64,000 nt of DNA from the human T2T-CHM13v2.0 reference genome, Homo sapiens, in NCBI RefSeq assembly GCF_009914755.1, contig NC_060928.1, one strand, 5' to 3'. The notes under the pieces are model-generated. The model was not told where the DNA came from. It made no database searches and worked only from the letters and a program-made list of their open reading frames with translations. A program made the position numbers and the translations under genes. Of the stretch, positions 12,901 to 36,389 are shown one piece after another (positions within the stretch are counted from its first letter, which is position 1; every line of letters begins with the position of its first letter).

Positions 12901-14557
12901 ACCACTGCTCAATGAAATGAAAGAGGACACAAACAAATGGAAGAACATTCCATGCTCATGGATAGGAAGAATCAATATCGTGAAAATGGCCACAGTGCCC
13001 AAGGTAATTTATAGATTCAATGCTATCCTCATCAAGCTACCAATGACTTTCTTCATAGAACTGGAAAAAACTACTTTAAAGTTCATATGAAACCAAAAAA
13101 GAGCCCGCATTGCCAAGACAATCCTACGCAAAAAGAACAAAGTTGGAGGCATCATGCTACCTCACTTCAAACTATACTACACGGCTACAGTAACCTAAAC
13201 AGCATGGTACTGATACCAAAACAGAGATATAGACCAATGCAACAGAACAGAGGCCTCAGAAATAACACCACATATCTACAACCATCTCATCTTTGATTAA
13301 CCTGACAAAAACAAGAAATGGGGAAAGGATTCTCTATTTAATAAATGGTGCTGGGAAAACTGGCTAGCCATATGGAGAAAGCTGAAACTGGATCCCTTCC
13401 TTACACCTTATACAAAAATTAATTCAAGATGGATTAAAGACTTAAATGTTAGACCTAAAACCATAAAAACCCTAGAAGAAAACCTAGGTAATACCATTCA
13501 GGACATAGGCATGGCCAAGAACTTTATGTCTAAACACCAAAAGCAGTGGCAACAAAAGCCAAAATTGTCAAATGGGATCTAATTAAACTAAAGAGCTTCT
13601 GCACGGCAAAAGAAACTACCATTGGAGTGAAAAGGCAAAAAAGGCAACCTAAAGAATGAGAGAAAAGCAATATACCCATCTGACAGAGGGCTAATATCCA
13701 GAATCTAAAAAGAACTTAAACAAATTTACAAGAAAAAAAAACCATCAAAAAGTGGGCAAAGGAAATGAACAGACACTTCTCAAAAGAAGACATTTATACA
13801 GCCAACACACACTAAAACATGCTCATCATCACTGGTCATCAGAGAAATGCAAATCAAAACCACAATGAGATACCATCTCACATCAGTTAGAATGGCAATC
13901 ATTAAAAAGTCAGGAAACAACAGGTGCTGGAGAGGATGTGGAGAAATAGGAACACTTTTACACTGTTGGTGGGACTGTAAACTAGTTCAACCATTGTGGA
14001 AGACAGTGTGGTGACTGCTCAGAGATCTAGAACTAGAAATACTATTTGACCCAGCATTCCCATTACTGGGTATATACCCAAAGGATTATAAATCATGCTA
14101 CTATAAAGACACATGCACACGTTTATTGTGGCACTATTCACAATAGCAAAGACTTGGAACCAACCCAACTGTCCATCAGTGATAGACTGGATTAAGAAAA
14201 TGTGACATATATATACCATGGAATACTATGCAGCCATAAAAAAGGATGAGTTCATGTCCTTTGCAGGGACATGCATGAAGCTGGAAACCATCATTCTAAG
14301 CCAACTATCGCAAGGACAGAAAACCAAACACCGCATGTTCTCACTCATAAATGGGAATTGAACAATGAGAACACTTGGACACAGGGCCCACCCCGGGGCC
14401 TGTCGTAGGGTGCAGGGCAGGGGGAGGGATAGCATTAGGAGAAATACCTAATGTAAATGACGAGTTAATGGGTGCAGCAAACCAACATGGTACATGTATA
14501 CCTATGTAACAAACCTGCACATTGTGTACATGTACCCTAGAACTTAAAGTATAATAA
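9957..14557 (+). mobile_element. L1PA5-7-like element 'A': ORF1 (ATG 9994), ORF2 with internal RT deletion, 3'UTR
   Basis: ATGGGGAGAAACCAGAGCAG ORF1 start; EN-domain ORFs 11186..11473 and 11501..11758; deletion junction 12708/12709; ends GAACTTAAAGTATAATAAA. Confidence 0.95.
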
Positions 14558-14665
14558 ATGAATGAAAGAAAGAAAGAAGGAAGGAGGGAGGGAGGGAGGG
14601 AAGGAGGGAGTGAGGGAGGGAGGGAGGGAGGGAGGGAAAGAAAGAAGAAAAGAAAAGAAAAGAAA
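14558..14665 (+). repeat. Compound polypurine microsatellite (GAAT/GAAA/GAAG/GGGA/GAAAA) at the L1 tail
   Basis: Read directly. Confidence 0.95.
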
Positions 14666-14905
14666 TTAATTCTGACATGTGCTACAACATGGATGAACCT
14701 TGAGGACATTATTCTAAGTGAAATACACCAGCCACAAAAAGACAAATACTGCATGATTTTGCTTAGATGAGGTACTTAAGAGTAGTCAAAAATCATAGAC
14801 ACAGAAAGTAGAATAGTGGTTGCCAAGGGGAAAGAGAAATTGAAATTTATTGTTTACATGGTAGAGAGTTAAAGTTTTACAAAATGAAGAGTTTTGACGA
14901 TGTAT
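14666..14905 (+). mobile_element. L1MA/MB 3' fragment
   Basis: ATTCTGACATGTGCTACAACATGGATGAACCTTGAGGACATT (LTCATTWMNLEDIILSEI). Confidence 0.75.
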
Positions 14906-16234
14906 AGTTCTTAAATACTGTAAGATTAAATACTATTGTACTAACATTAGGAGAAGTTATGTAATGGGTCACAAAATCAGCACTACTGCCAACCCAAAGA
15001 CTGCCAGGTCACTTCTGAATAGGAACCACCCACCACCTTTCCCATCACTCAATATTCTTTCGTTGATATCAGCTGCTATGGTATGAAACCTACAGTGGTG
15101 TAAACAGGATCCATTAGAGTTTCTCTATGAAGACATCGACATCTCTCAGTCTGGCTTCTGGATCTTCTGCTTCCTATTAGCAACCTTTAAGTCACTATCT
15201 ACTCTGGCTGTGACTTACTTAAGAGCAGATGTAACCCGCTAGGCATGCACTGATTTACAGTATTAACTGCAGCATAAACAAAGCTTACATTAAAAAAAGG
15301 AAGTAATTCATCAATAAAAAACATGTCAAATATTAAGTACAAAACTGTTTACATGTCTTCCTACTGCCATGGAAAATAAAAGAAGGAAGGAAAAACTACT
15401 TGATAGTTGCTTCAGTAGTTGCTCTTTTCTCCCTACTCTCACTACTTCTCCTTTACTAACCATATCTGTGACTTAATGAAATTCTGTAGAATCTTACTAC
15501 GAGAACTGTCAACACATGAAGCAGCAGATTCTAGAATTTTAACCATCCTTTCACTTAGAAAGAAACTGAACAAGTTAACATTAATGATGACCTAGTTCTG
15601 GAGAAAAAAGGTCTAATATGATCCAAAAGAAACTTCAGAAGTTCCAAATGTGTTAAAAGGAAGCAGCTACCACAAAAGCAGCTTAAGAAGAAAGACAGAC
15701 TCCAACTCAAAAGGCTCACTATGGAAAGCAAGCTCTTCTGCCCTAGTGAAGAAGGCGACCACCTAAGAAGATGACTTTGAAAGTCAAAATCAGTCCCCCT
15801 GCTAAACATGGTCAAATCATTCATTTTAGACTAGAAAATCGGAAAAGTTTCTATACAGAGAAACTGCTCCAGAAGTCGTCCCTGGAGAGTTAAGATTATA
15901 TAGCTTAACTAGTCTTAAAGTAACTTATTTTTTAAAAAAGACGCATAACAAAAGAACAACTAGATAGAGTGTTCTACTCATCTGCATGACAATTCTGAAT
16001 AAATGTGAAGCCAATGTCAATTAAAAAGAACAATTTTATCAAAAGCCCAAGATAGTAAACACATTTTAAGAAGAAATTACAGAAAATCTTTGGACTGAAA
16101 AAAGTAAAACTATTTCCAGATTAATCATATTTAACTATCATTAAAAAGTTACATACATATGTACATAGTAAAAATTTTTTAAACTTACAAAATTATATAC
16201 ATAATATTATTTTTGTTGTAAAAGGCTAAATATC

Positions 16235-19790
<3,556 letters not shown>

Positions 19791-19837
19791 CTTCAAATAA
19801 GGAATAAGAAAGGAACGATAGCAATGAATAAAAGAAT

Positions 19838-19965
19838 GTAGGGCAGTAGAAAGAACATCAGACCAGATGATACAAGAAGACCTAGATTTGAATTTCACTT
19901 CTGATCAGGAATTGAAGCAAATTACTTATGCTAGCTAACCTTTATTTCTCCATCTATTAGGATGA
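19838..19965 (+). mobile_element. MIR fragment
   Basis: GCAGTAGAAAGAACA...AGAAGACCTAGATTTGAAT...GCAAATTACTT...TTTCTCCATCT core. Confidence 0.55.
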
Positions 19966-20074
19966 ATCATATCAAATTGTCATTTTTGTAGGTCAAAAAT
20001 AAAACGACGATAATTTTATTTCTGTATAATTGTTATACTTTCCTCAGAAATTTAAGATAGTAAGATAACATAAA

Positions 20075-20399
20075 TTTCATTATTGCTAAATCCATGGGAT
20101 CCTTTTCAGTTTGAACCTTCTTAGCCTTTTTTCTGTCAGTATTTGGTGCAAAATCTCTACTGAAATGTCCTGTTTTGTTGCCTCTGTGATTCCACCTTCT
20201 TCAGGTATTCCTCCCACCTCTCTCACTTCTCCCTTGTCTCTGCAGAGACTCCTCTGTATGTTCCTTAAATGTTGCATTCCTCATAGTTCTGTCCTAAAAT
20301 TAGTCCCACAATACAGGCTTTAATGTATATAACTGTCCAGGTCCATCACTTCTGGTACCTCAAGTGGCTATATGCTGAAGATATAAAAATATACATCTC
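20075..20399 (+). mobile_element. L2 RT-domain fragment (target of L1 'B')
   Basis: TTGCTAAATCCA...CTATATGCTGAAGAT (LYAED, degenerate YADD). Confidence 0.55.
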
Positions 20400-20401
20400 C
20401 T

Positions 20402-24263
<3,862 letters not shown>

Positions 24264-24420
24264 AAAAATATACATCTCTTTTTTAGAAGGCAACTTTCTG
24301 AAGGCACCAGCAAGGGACCAGGTATCCACGGAAGGCACGGCAAGACAGAAAGCTTCCACAATAGAAGTCACATGAAGAAGGTCTGGACTTTTAAAATGTC
24401 TCTTTTAAATTCAAGAGGAT

Positions 24421-24759
24421 TGCCTGAACGCAGTGGCTCACGTCTGTAATCCCAGCACTTTTGGAGGCCGAGGCAAGTGGATCACCCGAGGTCAGGAGTT
24501 CGAGACCAACCTGGCCAAAACGGTGGAACCCCATCTCTACTAAAAATACAAAAATTAGCTGGGCTTGGTGGTGCATGCCTGTAATCCTAGTTACTCTACT
24601 CAGGAGGCTGAGGCAGGAGAATTGCTTGAACCCTGGAGGCGGAGGTTGCAGTAAGCCAAGATTGCGCCACTGTACTCTGGCCTGGATGACAGAATGAGAC
24701 TGTCTTAAAAAATAAAATAAAATAAAATAAAATAAAATAAAATAAAATAAAATAAAATA
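24421..24759 (+). mobile_element. AluS with (AAAAT)n tail
   Basis: Dimeric Alu; TSD AAATTCAAGAGGAT at 24407-24420 and 24760-24773. Confidence 0.92.
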
Positions 24760-25486
24760 AAATTCAAGAGGATGGAGTAGTTTGTGGCAAGCCAATGCCC
24801 CTGCTGAGAATGCTTATAGGTAAAACATAAAAATTATCATTTTATAGGTATCAGAGACAAGCAAAAAGCAATGAAGACTAATGGAGACCAGGATTCGAGG
24901 GAGGAGAGAGCCTCAGGGAGGTGAATGGTCTTTCTGCACCCATTTTAACAACAGGAGCATTTGTTGATGCTGGTAAAGGGCGAGAGGCTAAAAACTATGG
25001 CTTTGCCCAGGTAGAGAGTTGTTTCTTGAAGTCAGAGAAACATGCAGAGCTATTACTAGGGTCTTTCAGAAAAGACAAAATTAGAGACTTCAAGGGCTTC
25101 AAATACATGGCCTATTTTTCCCTCACAATATTTGCCACATTCTGAAGTTGCCTAGGATAGGTTGCTGAAAGGTTAAGCAAGAGGCCTCTGAGAAGCACAG
25201 CAGAGTTTTTGGCAATTTTTCAGGGCTAAGGAGGGAAGCACTAGAGTTTAGAACTTGCCAAGGGGAAGGAGCATGAAAATACCAGGCTCCTAGTTGAAAG
25301 CCTTGAGGGGCTAGGCCCCAGAAGTGTTAAAGAACAGAACTAGAGAGAACCTTGCAAGAACTGCAAAGCAGCTTCCACTGCAAAGCAGCTTCCACTCAGG
25401 GACTGAGAGGAGTAAAGCATCTCAGTCTATCTGCTTAGCGGGAGAAAAAGTGAACTTTCCCTAGAAAAAGAAAACATCACCTAGAG

Positions 25487-25536
25487 CAGCTCTAATAGAA
25501 AAACAGTGTGGGCCACAATTACAAGCTATATGTATA

Positions 25537-25580
<44 letters not shown>

Positions 25581-25730
25581 TATATATACATATATATAAA
25601 TTTTCTAGTAGCTACATTAAAATTAAAAAGAAATGAGTGATATTAAATTTATACTTAACATATTGAAAATATTGTCACTTGAACATGTTTTGAATACACA
25701 AGGTTGTTAAGAAGATATTTTAAAGTGTAA
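25487..25730 (+). mobile_element. MER33-like hAT element with internal (TG)/(TA)/(CA) microsatellite
   Basis: AAATTTTCTAGTAGCTACATTAAAA...CACTTGAACATG matches MER33 as recalled. Confidence 0.6.
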
Positions 25731-25934
25731 AAAAGATTTTTCCAGTGTCTGACAATCAGAAATGACTATGATTAACATGCTTAAGAAATGAGGCAAAAAC
25801 AAAAAGAAAAAATAAAGAATTTCATCTGAGAATTAGAATACACTTTTAATAAAAATTCTACAGTTGAAAACTAAAATATCTGTAACTAAGAATTCATCAG
25901 ATTCATTTAACAGCAGATTATACATACATCATAA

Positions 25935-26900
25935 GACAAAATGGATAAATTCCTTGAAAAATACAATTTATCAATGCTAACATAAAGAAGTAGAAAAATC
26001 TGAATAGAATGACATTTATTAAGGAAACTGACTCATAATTTAAAATCTACAACAAAACTTCAGACCTGGATGGCTTTATCAGTTGGACTGGCTTCTTCTA
26101 AATATTTAAAAAATAACCTAAATTTTCCGCAAACACAGAGAATAGAAAAGGGAGAAACACTTTTTAACTATTTTTATAAGGCCTTGATATAGTTTGGGTC
26201 TGTGTCCCTGCCCAAATCTCATGTAAAATTGTAATCCCCAATGATGGAGGGGGGCCTGGTGGGAAATGACTGGATCATGGTGATGGATTTCCCCTTTGGT
26301 GCTGTTCTCATGATAGTGAGTGAGTTATCACAAGATGTGTTTGTTTAAAAGTGTGTGACACCTCCCTCTTCCCTCTCTTCCTCCAACTCCAGCCATGTAA
26401 AATGTGCCTGCTTCCCTTTTGTCTTCTGCTATGATTCAGCATTTCCTGAGGCTTCCCCAGACATGCTTCCTGTACAGCCTGTGGAACTGTGAGCCAATTA
26501 AGTGTCTTTTCTTTACAAATTATCCAGCCTCAAGAATTTCTTTACAGCAATCTAAGAACAGAATAACAGAGGCCTGCATAATTTTTGTTCCAAAATTTGA
26601 TAAGGATAGTATAAGAAAGAACCTTTACAAACTAATCTTTCTCATGAGCACAAATGAAAAAAACCTAGAACAAATACTAGCAAATCAAATCCAGCAATAT
26701 ATAAAAAGGATAATATATCATTCTAGGTATGTATGGCTGGATTATCATTTGAAAATTAACCAATGTAATGACTTTGTTAATAGTAGAAAAGAGAAAACTC
26801 ATACTGTCATCTCATTATATGAAAAAAACCCATGTGACAAAATTCAATACTCATTTATGATTTTAAAACTCTTAGCAAATTGGAAACAGAATGCAATCAT
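25935..26900 (+). mobile_element. Degenerate L1M ORF2 fragment
   Basis: ATGGATAAATTCCTTGAAAAATAC; ORF 26404..27018 contains ILANQIQQYIKRII and DKIQYSFM. Confidence 0.7.
26185..26570 (+). mobile_element. MSTA/B (MaLR) solo LTR
   Basis: TGATATAGTTTGG...CCCAAATCTCATG...GAACTGTGAGCCAATTAA; TSD GGCCT at 26180-26184 and 26571-26575. Confidence 0.88.
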
Positions 26901-29362
26901 TAATAAAAAACAGCATCTTTTCATATATAATCAGAGACTTCATCATGGTGGATGGGAGGCAGTAGATTGCAGCTCTGACTCGGATGAACAGAGCAGCATG
27001 TGGAGGCTCATATCGTGAATTTTAGCTCCAGAGTGATTGCAGGAATAAATCAGGAATCCCAAGAGGACCCACAGACCCTCTGAAAAAAGCGGTCTGCTCC
27101 TGCAGGACCCAGGAGACAGCCCAAATACTGAGTACCCAAACTGCAGAAGCAGAAAAGGAAGATCCTCCACCCCCAAGCACACACTCCTACTGGGGAAACT
27201 GAAGGTCTCATTTGAGGAAGAAGATTCTGACCTTACCTGGGGCTGAATCAATTTAGGGAGCAGAGTGAAATACAGGGGTAGAGAAAGCAGTGGAAAAGGC
27301 CCTGGGAGCTTGCTGGGTCCCCAGGCAGGCCATTCTTGCCTGGCATCACAGGGATCCTTCAGGAGGGCGGCCAGCGGTGCGGAGAAAATGCCACAGGGAG
27401 AAGGAAGTCTCCAGCTGAATTTTGTAACAATTTGAACTAGTCAAGAAGGCTCCTGGCCAGAACTCAGGGGAGAGCCCAAATCCAGCATCCAGTGTGCAGC
27501 CTCCACAGGTGGAGGAAGAACTAAAATCCTTTTATTTCATAGCTCGGAGGTGGGTACCATGGGGCAAGTTCTCAGGTCTGCTTGCCCACTGCCTGGAAAC
27601 AGACTCAGTGCTGTTGGTGGGGGGCACAGTGTGAGTGAGACCGGCCCTTTGGATTGTGTGGAAGCTGGGTAAGGCCTGTGATTGCTGGCTTTCCCCCACT
27701 TCCCTGACAACCTGCGTGACTCAGCAGAGGCAGCCATAATTCTCCTAAGTACACAACTCCATTGACCTGGGAACCTCACCCCTATCCCCCACAGCAGCTG
27801 CACCAAGGCCCACCCAAGGAAAGTCTGAGCTCAGACACACCAAACCCTGCCCCTACCTGATGGTCCTTCCCTATCCACCCTGGTAGTTGAAGACAAAGGG
27901 CATACTCTCTTGGGAGTTCTAGGCCCCCCGCCCACCGTCTGATCCTCCCTATACTACCACAGCTGATGCTCTCTGGAAAGCGCCACCTCCTGGCAGGACA
28001 ACCAGCACAAAAATAAAGCATTAAACCATCAAAGCTAAGAACCCTCACAGAGTCCATTTCACCCACTGCCACCTCCACTGGAATAGGTGCTGGTATCCAT
28101 GGCTGAGAGACCCACAGACGGTTCACATCACAGGACTCTGTGCAGACAATGCCCAGTACCAGTCCGGAGGCTGGTAGACTTGCTGGATGGCCAGACCCAG
28201 AAGAGAGACAACAATCTCTACAGCTCGGCTCTCAGGAAGCCACATCCATAGGAAAACGGGGAGAGTGCTACATCAAGGGAACAGCCCATGGGACAAAAGA
28301 ATCTGAACAATAGCCTTCAGCCCTAGACCTTCCCTCTGACAGAGGCTATGCAAATGAGAAAGAACCAGAAAACCAACCCTGGTAATATGACAAAACAAGG
28401 CTCCTTAACACCCCCCAAAAAATCATATTGGCTCACCAGCAGTGGATCCAAACCAAAAAGAAATCCCTGACTTACCTGAAAAAGAATTTGGGAGGTTAGT
28501 TATTAAGCTATTTCGAGAGGCACCAGAGAAAGGCAAAGCCCAATGCAAGGAAATCCAAAAAATGATACAAGAAGTGAAAGGAGAGATATTCAAGGAAATA
28601 GATAGCATAAAGAAAAAACAATCAAACTTCAGGACGCATTGGATATACTTATAGAAATGCAAAATGCTCTGGAAAGTCTCAGCAATAGAAATGAACAAGC
28701 AGAAGAAAGAAATTCAGAGCTTGAAGACAAGGTCTTTGAATTAACCCAACCAAACAAAGACAAAGAAAAAAGAATAAGAAAATATGAACAAAGTCTCCGA
28801 GAAGTCCAGGATTATGTGAAACAACCAAACTTAAGAATAATCGGTGTTCCTGAAGAAGAAGAGAAATCTAAAAGCTGAAAAAACGTATTTGGGGGAATAA
28901 TCAAGGAAAACTTCCTGGCCTTGCTAGAGACCTACACATCCAAATACAAGAAGCACAAAGAACACCTGGAAAATTCCTCACAAAAAGATCATCACCTAGG
29001 CACACTGTCATCAGGTAATGTAAAGTTAAGACAAAGGAAAGAATCTTAAGAGCTGTGAGACAAAAGTACCAGGTAACCTATAAAGGTAAACCTATTAGAT
29101 TAACAGCAGATTTCTCAGCAGAAACTCTACAAGCTAGAAGAGATTAGGGCCCTATCTTCAGCTTCCTCAAACAAAATTATCAGCCAAGAATTTTGTATCC
29201 AGTGAAACTAAGCATCAAATATGAAGGAAAGATACAGTGTTTTCCAGACAAACAAGTGCTGACAAAATTCACCACTGCCAAGCCACCATTACAAGAACTG
29301 CTGAAAGGAGCTCGAAACCTTAAAACAAATCCTGGAAACACATCAAAACAGAACCTCTTTAA

Positions 29363-31520
<2,158 letters not shown>

Positions 31521-31725
31521 TAAAGCGCAAATCTCACAGGACCTATAAAACAAAAATAGAATTTAAAAAGCAAAAACAAAAACCAAAAAATCAAGGTATA
31601 CAGGCAACAAATAGCATGATGAATGGAATGGTACCTCACATCTCAATACTAACATTGAATGTAAATGGCCTAAATGCTCCATTTAAAAGATGCAGTACTA
31701 CAGAATGGATAAGCATTCACCAACT

Positions 31726-32041
<316 letters not shown>

Positions 32042-35000
32042 TTTCACCAACCAATTGTCTGCCACCTTCAAGAGACTCACATAACACACAAGGAATCATA
32101 TAAACTTAAAGTAAAGGAGTGGAAAAAGGCATTTCATGTAAATGGACACCAAAAGTGAGCAGGGGTAGCTATTCTTATGTCAGACAAAACAAACGTTAAA
32201 GCAATGGCAGTTAAAAAAGACAAAGAGGGACATTAAATAATGGTAAAAGGCCTTGTCCAACAGGAAAATACCACAATCCTAAACATATATGCACATAACA
32301 CTGGAGTCCCCAAATTTATAAAACAATTACTAATAGACCTAAAAAATGAGATAGACAGCAACACCATAACAGTGGGGGACTTAAATACTCCACTGACAGC
32401 ACTAGACAGGTCATCAAGACAGAAAGTCAACAAATAAACAATGGATTTAAACTAGACCTTGGAACAAATGGACTTAACAGCTATATACAGAACATTCCAT
32501 CCAAGAACCACAGAATACACAATCTATTCAATAGCGCATGGGACTTTCTCCAAGATGGACCACATGATAGGCCACAAAATGAGCTGTAATAAATTTAAGA
32601 AAACTGAAATTATATCAAGGACTCTCTCAGACCACAGTGGAATAAAACTGGAAATCAATTCCAAAAGGAACCTTCAAAACATGCAAATACATGGAAATTA
32701 AATAACCTGCTCCTGAATGATCACTGGACCAAAAATAAAATCATGATGGAAATTATAAAATGTTCAGACTGAATGACAATAGTGACAATCTATAAAAACC
32801 TGTGGGATACAGCAAAGGTGGTGCCCAGAGGAAAGTTCATGGTGCTAAATGCCTACATCAAAAAGACTGAAAGAGCACAAACTGACACTCAAAGGTCACA
32901 CCTCAAGGAACTAGAGAAACACGAACAAACCAAACCCAAACCCAGCAGAAGAAAGGAAATGACCAAGATCAGAGCATAACTAAATGAAACTAAAACAAAA
33001 TTACAAAAGATAAATGAAACAAAAAGCTGCTTGTTTGAAAAGATAAACTGATAGACCATTAGCAAGATTAACCTAGAAAAGAAGAGAGAAAATCCAAATA
33101 ACCTCAATAAGAAATGAAACAGGAGACATTACAACTCACACCACAGAAATACAAAAGATCATTCAAGGCTACTATGAATATGTTTATGGGCATAAACTTG
33201 AAAACCTAGAAGAGACAGATAAATTCCTGGAGGTGTACACCCCTCCCAGCTTAAATCAGGAAGAATTAGATACCCTAAACAGACCAATAACAAGCAACAA
33301 GATTGAAATGGTAATTTAAAAATTATCAACAAAAAAAAAGGCCAGGCCCAGAAATTCACAGCAGAATTCTACCAGACTTTCAAAGAAGAATTGGTACCGA
33401 TCCTACTGACACTATTCCACAAGACAGAGAAAGAGGGAACCCTCCCTAATTCATTCTATGAAGCCAGCATCACCCTAATACCAAAACCAGGAAAGGACAT
33501 AACCAGAAAGAAAACCACAGACCCATATCCCTGATGAACATAAATGCTAAAATCCTTAACAAAATACTAGCTAACTGAATCCAACAACATACCAAAAAGA
33601 TAAACTACCACGAGCAAGTGGGTTTCATGCCAGGGATGCAGGGATGGTTTAACATCCACAAGTCAATAAATGTGATACACCACATAAACAGAATGAAAAC
33701 AAAAATCACATGATCATCTCACCAGATGCAGAAAAAGCATTTGACAAAATCCAGCATCCCTTTATGATTAAAACTCAGCAAAATCGGCATAAAGGAACAT
33801 ACCTCAATGTAATAAAAGCCATCTATGACAAACCCACAGCAAATATAATACTGAATGGCAAAAAGTTGAAAGCATTCCCTCTGAGAACTGGAACAAAACA
33901 AGGATGCCCACTCTCACCACTCGTCTTCAACATAGTACTGGAAGTCCTATCCAGAGCAATCAAACAAGCGAAAGAAATAAAGGACATCCAAATCAGTAAA
34001 GAGGAAGTCAAACTGTCACTGTTTACTGACAATATAATCGTTTACCTCAAAAATCCTAAAGACTCCTCCAGAAAGCTCCTAGAACTGACAAAAGAATTCA
34101 GTAAAGTTTCCAGATACAAGAATAATGTACACAAATCAGTAGCTCTCCCATACACCAACAGCAACCAACTAGAGAATCGAATCAAGAACTCAATCCTTTT
34201 TACAATAGCTGCAAAAAAAAAAATAAAAAAGACAAAGAAAAAAACTTAGGAATATACCTAACCCAGGAGGCAAAAGACCTCTACAAGGAAAACTACAAAA
34301 CACCACTGAAAGAAATCATAGACAACACAAACAAATGGAAACACATCCCATGTTCATGGAATGGTAGAATCAAAATTGTGAAAATGACCATACCACCAAA
34401 AGCAACCTACAAATGGAAACACATCCCATGTTCATGGAATGGTAGAATCAAAATTGTGAAAATGACCATACCACCAAAAGCAACCTACAAATTCACTGCA
34501 ATCCCCATCAAAATACCATCATCATTCTTCACAGCATTAGAAAAAAAGTACTAAAATTCATAAAGAACCACAAAAAGATTTCACATAGCCAATGCAAGAC
34601 TAAGCAAAACAACAAATCTGGAGGCATCACACTACCTGATTTCAAACTATATTATAAGGACATAGTCACCAAAACAGCATGGTACTGGTATAAAAATAGG
34701 CACATAGGACAATGTAATAGAGTAGAGAACCCATAAATAAACCCAAATACCTACAGCCAAGTGATCTTCAACAACTACACAAAAACATAAAGTGGGGAAA
34801 GGACAGCCTATTCAACAAATGGTGCTGGGATAACTGGCTAGACACATATAGGACAATGAAACTGGATCCTCATCTCTCACCTTATATAAAAATCAACTCA
34901 AGATGGCTTAAGGACTTAAATCTAACACCTGAAACTATAAAAATTCTAGAAGATTAACGTTGGAAAAACCCTTCTAGACATTGGTTTAGGCAAGGATTTC

Positions 35001-36243
35001 ATGACCAAGAACCCCAAAGCAAATGCAATAAAAACAAAGATAAATTGCTAGGACTTAATTAAACTAAAGAGCTTTTGCATGGCAAAAGGAACAGTCAGCA
35101 GAGTAAACAGCCCAGAGTGGGAGAAAATCTTCACAATCTATACATCTGAAAATGGACTAATATCCAGAATCTACAATGAACTCAATCAAATCAGCCAAAA
35201 AAAATTAATCCCATCAAAAAGTGGGCTAAGGACATGAATAGACAATTATCAAAAGAAGATATACAAATGGCCAACAAACATACGAAAAAATGCTCAGCAT
35301 CACTAATGATCAGGCAAATGCGAATTAAAATCACAATGTGACACCACCTTACTTCTGCAGGAATGGCCATAATCAAAAAATCAGTAGATGTTGCTGGGGA
35401 TGCAGTGATCAGGGAACACTTCTACACTGCTGGAATGTAAACTAGTACAGCCACTATGGAAAACAGTATGGAGATTCCTTAAAGAGCTAAAAGGAGAACT
35501 ACCATTTGATCCAGCAATCTCAATACTGGGTATCTACCCAGAGTAAATGAAGTCATTATATGAAAAAGATACTTGCACACACGTTTATAGCAGCACAATT
35601 CACAATTGCAAAATCATGGAACCAACTCAAATGCCCATCAGTCAACAAGTGGATAAAGAAACTGTGGTATGTATACCACAGTATACATGGTGGGATACTA
35701 CTCAGCCATAAAAAGGAATGAATTAACGGCATTCGCAGCGACCTGGATGAGATCGGAGACTATTATTCTAAGTGAAGTCACTCAGGAACGGAAAACCAAA
35801 CATCGTATATTCTCACTGATATGTGGGAGCTAAGCTATGAGGATGCAAAGGCATAAGAATGATACAATGGACTTTGGGGACTTGGGGGAAAGTGGGGGGT
35901 GAGGAATACAATACTACAAACAGGGTGGTGCAATGTATACTGCTTGGGTGATGGGTGCACCCAAATCACCACTAAAGAACTTACACATGTAACTAAACAT
36001 CACCTGTACTCCAATAACCTATGGAAAATTTTTTTTTAATTAAAAAGCATATATAGGCATTCATATATAGAACTTTCTGTGAGCATGTATTTTCATTTCT
36101 CTTGGATAAATACCTAACACTGGAATTGTTGGGTCATAGGCAAGTTTAACTTTATAAAAAACTGCCAAACCAAAAAAAAAAAAAAAATTAAAAACAGCAT
36201 CTTTTTTTTATATTTTAGGATGATTAATATATGAGTCATTCTT

Positions 36244-36386
36244 TTATGTATTTTTGTATTATTATACTTAAAGTTTTAGGGTACCTGTGCACAACATGCA
36301 GGTTTGTTACATATGTTTACATGTGCCATGTTGGTGTGCTGCACCCATTAACTCGTCATTTACATTAGGTATATCTCCTAATGCTA
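36244..36386 (-). mobile_element. Short L1PA 3'-terminal fragment
   Basis: TATTATACTTAAAGTTTTAGGGTAC...CTCCTAATGCTA. Confidence 0.85.
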
Positions 36387-36389
36387 GTT

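Noticed and set aside
14950-15900. Purine-rich unique tract as a pseudogene or exon
   Set aside because: Manual translation gave stops and no recognisable protein; left unassigned, needs BLASTX/Dfam
26404-27018. 204-aa ORF
   Set aside because: Chance read-through of MST LTR, L1M ORF2 relic and L1PB 5'UTR with no coherent domain
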